Assembly: GCF_009914755.1 (NCBI RefSeq)
Contig: NC_060942.1
DNA: 64,000 bases
DNA from: the human T2T-CHM13v2.0 reference genome, Homo sapiens
Reading direction: 5' to 3' (one strand)
The notes beneath the pieces are model-generated. The model was not told the DNA's origin. It was given only the letters and a program-made list of their open reading frames with translations, and searched no databases. Positions within the stretch are counted from its first letter, which is position 1. Each line of letters begins with the position of its first letter. Positions 60,164 to 64,000 of this stretch are shown one piece after another. The translations under genes were made by a program, and so were the position numbers.

Positions 60164-60470
60164 GTGCTGGGCACGGTTGCTCATGCCTATAACCGCAGCA
60201 CTTTGGGAAGCAGAGGTGGGTGGACTGCTTGAGCTTAGGAGTTTGAGACCAGCCTGGGCAACGTAGTGAAACCAGTCCCTACAAAAAAACACAAAAAAAT
60301 TAGCCAGGTGTGGTGGCATCCACCTGTAGTCCCAGCTATTCAGGAAGAACACTTGAGTCCAGGAAGCCAAGGCTGCAGTGATCAGAGATCATACCAAGCA
60401 CTTCAGCCTGGGTGACAGAGCGATCCCGTCTCCAGAAAAAAAAAAAGGGGGGGGGGGGGGCGGTGGGGGA
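60164..60470 (+). mobile_element. Alu (J-like) ending in an A tract then a G14 run
   Basis: Dimeric Alu; G run at 60447-60460. Confidence 0.9.
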
Positions 60471-61312
60471 GGAGAGAAAAAAATCAAAGCTAGCAGCTAG
60501 CACAATCATTAAAAACAGTATATTTTGGTGTCTTACACTGATTTATTTTGACCACACAGATCAGAATCTTCCCATCTGAAAGTAAGCTCTAACAAATTTT
60601 TAGAAACGTAATTCCAAACAAAATGTTCATTAGTTCAAGACTTTTAAACAATAATGGTGAATAACCCTAAAATAACATTTGACTCCTGACTCATTTCAAT
60701 TCATCATCAGCTTTTTAACTCCTAGGCTTTACCAATGCAATTCTAATCAAAATTATTATTGTGGGAACTTGCAAAGCCTGGACGAAAATGGCACAAGTAT
60801 TAAGAAAAATGAAAAAAATTAAAGATTATAAAAGGGACTTGGCTTGCCAGATTAAAAAAAAAAATGATGAAGCAACAGTATAGTACTGACACAGAAAGAA
60901 ATAAGGAAATATTATCAAACAGAGTAGACTGCATCTAAAAGAGAACCTGGTATGGATACTTTCAGAATATTAATATAATAGAAAGATGGCATAATGAGTT
61001 GCCCACATTCTATTAATGGTACTGGAACTAAAAAACAAAGTTTGAGCCTTATCTCTTGACAACCAGAAACTGGCATTTGGGTCAGTCCATAAGTTTTTTT
61101 TATTGCCCTACAAAATTCTTTACATGCATCACAATTAAGCAAGGGTTAAATGTGGACAGAATATGGGTAGTTCAGCAATGCCCACCTCTCAGCACACACC
61201 ACCCATCACCATTTTCATGAGTATGTTACCTATATCACCACTACATGTATAGGATTACTACCATAAAAATCATCCAGTAAGAAGAAAGGAAATAACATCC
61301 AATTAAAAGAGT

Positions 61313-61581
61313 TCCCAAGCACTTTGGGAGGCCGAGGTGGGCGGATCAGGAGGTCAGGAGATTGAGACCATCCTGGCTAACACAGTGAAACCTCGTCTCT
61401 ACTAAAAATACAAAAAATTAGCCGGTGCATGCTGGCACCTGTAGTCCCAGCTACTCAGGAGAATGAGGCAGGAGAATTGCTTGAACCTGGGAGACGGAGG
61501 TTGCAGTGAGCCGAGATCCTGCCACTGCACTTCAGCCTGGGTGACAGAGCAAGACTAGGTCTCAAAAAAAAAAAAAAAAAG
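61313..61581 (+). mobile_element. 5'-truncated Alu
   Basis: Starts at TCCCAAGCACTTTGG; TSD AAAAGAGT. Confidence 0.9.
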
Positions 61582-62478
61582 AGTATAAGCAGGCAATCAT
61601 ATGGACACATGGAGGGGAAAAAAATCATACAAACAAAAAACACTGATCAACCCTATCAGTTATCAGAGAAATGTAAATAAAAACATCATTTTTCAATCTG
61701 ATTTGCAAACATTAAAAAACAAAAACTGATATTATCCAGAATGACACAGATGTAAGGCAACAGGTACTCTCACTCTGAAGAAAAGTGCAATTTACTATAG
61801 TTTTGCTGAAGGTTATTTTGTAGTGTATTGCGAAATTTAAAATTTATATATCTCTCCACCCAGTAATTCCATTTTTAAAGTTTAGTCAAATCTAGAACAT
61901 GGACAAAATATATACATGATATTTACTGCAGAATTGTCTGTATTGATGAAAAACTAGAAGTAAACCCATTAAGAGCATGAAAATATATTACAGTATATCC
62001 AAATAAAAGAATACCATATGTAACGGTTAAAAAGAAGACTGAGTTATGCTGTTAAGGACAAAAAGCAAGTACAGGATAAAACGTGTAGTATGATTGCATC
62101 TATAATTATTAAAACTATATATAAGTGCACAATGCAAGGTCTGAAAAGATAAACAGCAATTTGGTATCACTGGCACTTTTGGAGGTAGGTTGCTATCCTT
62201 GTAAACCCCCTACTAGAATAACTTGAGGATGTGGGAGGAAGGGCCTTTTTCACCCTTACATTACATGACCCTACCACCTTTGCCCTGCTCCTCAGGTATA
62301 AGCCTGATCCAAAGTGGACCACATCTTTCTTCTAGAAACTTGAAATTTGAAGTGGCTCAAAGACTGAAAATTGCTGGACTAGGGTTATATCAAAAGCAAT
62401 GCTTTCTAGAGGCTTTAAAACATTTGCTCTTAAATTCCCTGGAGCTTCTGCCACTTCTTGTTCTATTATACTAAAGTA

Positions 62479-62622
62479 TAATACTAAAGTATTATAGAAC
62501 ATATTATAATACTTTATTATAATATGTTATTATAATATGTTCTATAAAATATAAAATATATATTTATATTATGTATTATATAATATATATGTTCTATAAA
62601 ATATTATAATACTTTAGTATTA
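62479..62622. repeat. AT-rich nested inverted repeat
   Basis: Perfect 18-bp arms 62479-62496/62605-62622 and 20-bp arms 62492-62511/62528-62547. Confidence 0.9.
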
Positions 62623-63137
62623 CAGAACAAGATCCTTCAACTAAATAATACATTTCTCTTTCTCTGGCTATACTACCTAGCAACAGGTTCTATCTTTTCC
62701 AAATTTTAATTTGTATGGTATAAAAGTAGGATAGGATGGGATAAGAAGGTGAAGATAGGAAGAAGGTGAAATACTGCTTTTTATTCAGATGCTTCTACAT
62801 TGCTTAAGTTTTTTTATAAGCATTCATTCACAAATTATTTTTTATAACTTATGAAAAAGAGTCACTCATTTTTAAAATCAGAGTGGATTTTTTAGAAGTA
62901 TTTTTCCCAATTTCCATTAATATTTTGAGGGTTATATTTTATAGCCTGGCTATGACTTAATGGCAATTTGCATGATTGCCTTACATTGTGAATTAAATAT
63001 ATTTAACACTAGCTTAATAATAATTTAAAAGTATAGTTCAATGTAATATCAAAAACCTCAGAGCCTAAAATTAATTTACTCAGAATATTTGCTCATATAG
63101 ATAAATTAAGTCCATGAAATTTTAAAAAGTGAAATAC

Positions 63138-63292
63138 CTCCAACAGTGGCATTTCTTCTGTGATTATGGGATCTAAACGTCGATCAGGGCCATATTTAAC
63201 AGATGTTTTCTCTTCTTTTGTGTTGTTAAGTCGAGGACCTTGAATTTCTAAATCCTGCTTCCCTCGGACTGACATACTCAAGGAATATTTTC
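63138..63292 (-). CDS. TRAPPC8: TRAPPC8 coding exon (155 nt), most 5' exon in the window
   Basis: TTTCAG|GA...GAG|GTATTT; GKYSLSMSVRGKQDLEIQGPRLNNTKEEKTSVKYGPDRRLDPIITEEMPLLE, which splices in frame to the 443-nt exon. Confidence 0.94.
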
Positions 63293-64000
63293 CTGAAATA
63301 AAAAACAATCAATGCCCTAAAATAATTTGGTATGTTAACTGACATCAATTTAACTTGAATATGTGAATATTGTAAGTTTCAGATTATTTCTAGAAAAATT
63401 CTAGACAATTTTGATTAACATGATTAATCAAAGAATTTAGTATATTTTCATTCCATGTTTAACACCAACTAAGGTATGCTACTTAATTTCTCACTTGGTT
63501 TTAGATATACTTTGCAAAAAAAGACTACACATTACTCAATAGGAAGCCCTCTGAAATCTGTATTTAACCATGTGCCTATTAACTAACAAAACCTGAGAGA
63601 ATAATTATCTTAGGTCCAACAATTTAATTTAGGCCATGAGAACGGTATCTATTCACAAAGAAAAGAAGTGGAAAACAATGAAAAGGTCAACTTTTTACTT
63701 TTACTCATATTCAAATATATACACTAATTTGAATTATTTCTGGAATATAAATAACTGAATCTTCTCAAGAGACTGCACAAAGAAAATTAAATACAGTAGA
63801 GTTTTCTCAAAATTAAACTTGTTTAATATTCATGTGAAATTTTTCCCAAAAGCTTCCATGTAGTGCATGTATGTGTGAAAAAAGCTAGAGTATACAACTA
63901 TCTTTCTTGCAGGACTACTTAAAGCCTTTAATGTGCCGAAGGTCACTGTAATAATCTCAAGCCAGATATAAAATGTATTGATTCCCACACTTCATGTGAC

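Overview
Primate (human-like) genomic DNA in two parts. (1) About 27.7-64 kb holds the 3' half of TRAPPC8 on the minus strand. I reconstructed 11 coding exons with GT-AG boundaries and consistent phases (1,718 nt; C-terminal ~572 aa ending ...PALIIISNV*) and a ~1.5-kb 3' UTR with proximal and distal AATAAA signals; the introns are rich in Alu, L1, L2, MIR and DNA-transposon remnants. (2) About 1-27.7 kb is a gene-free, ERV-dense region downstream of the gene. It contains a 6.3-kb deleted-type HERV-H provirus (two LTR7s, tRNA-His PBS), a solo HERV-K LTR5, a 5'-truncated L1PA, two divergent THE1-type LTRs, LTR9-, MER4- and MER41-like LTRs, a nested LTR stack with a solo LTR7, and a strong CTCF motif. 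I cannot support a new multi-gene biological system from this sequence. The most unusual items are a 113-bp templated inverted-insertion scar inside an intronic Alu, a 390-codon stop-free HERV-H RNase H/integrase frame, the nested LTR stack, TRAPPC8 distal poly(A) signals that appear to sit in a DNA-transposon fossil, and an AT-rich nested palindrome. Repeat subfamily names are recalled from consensus sequences and need Dfam/RepeatMasker confirmation.
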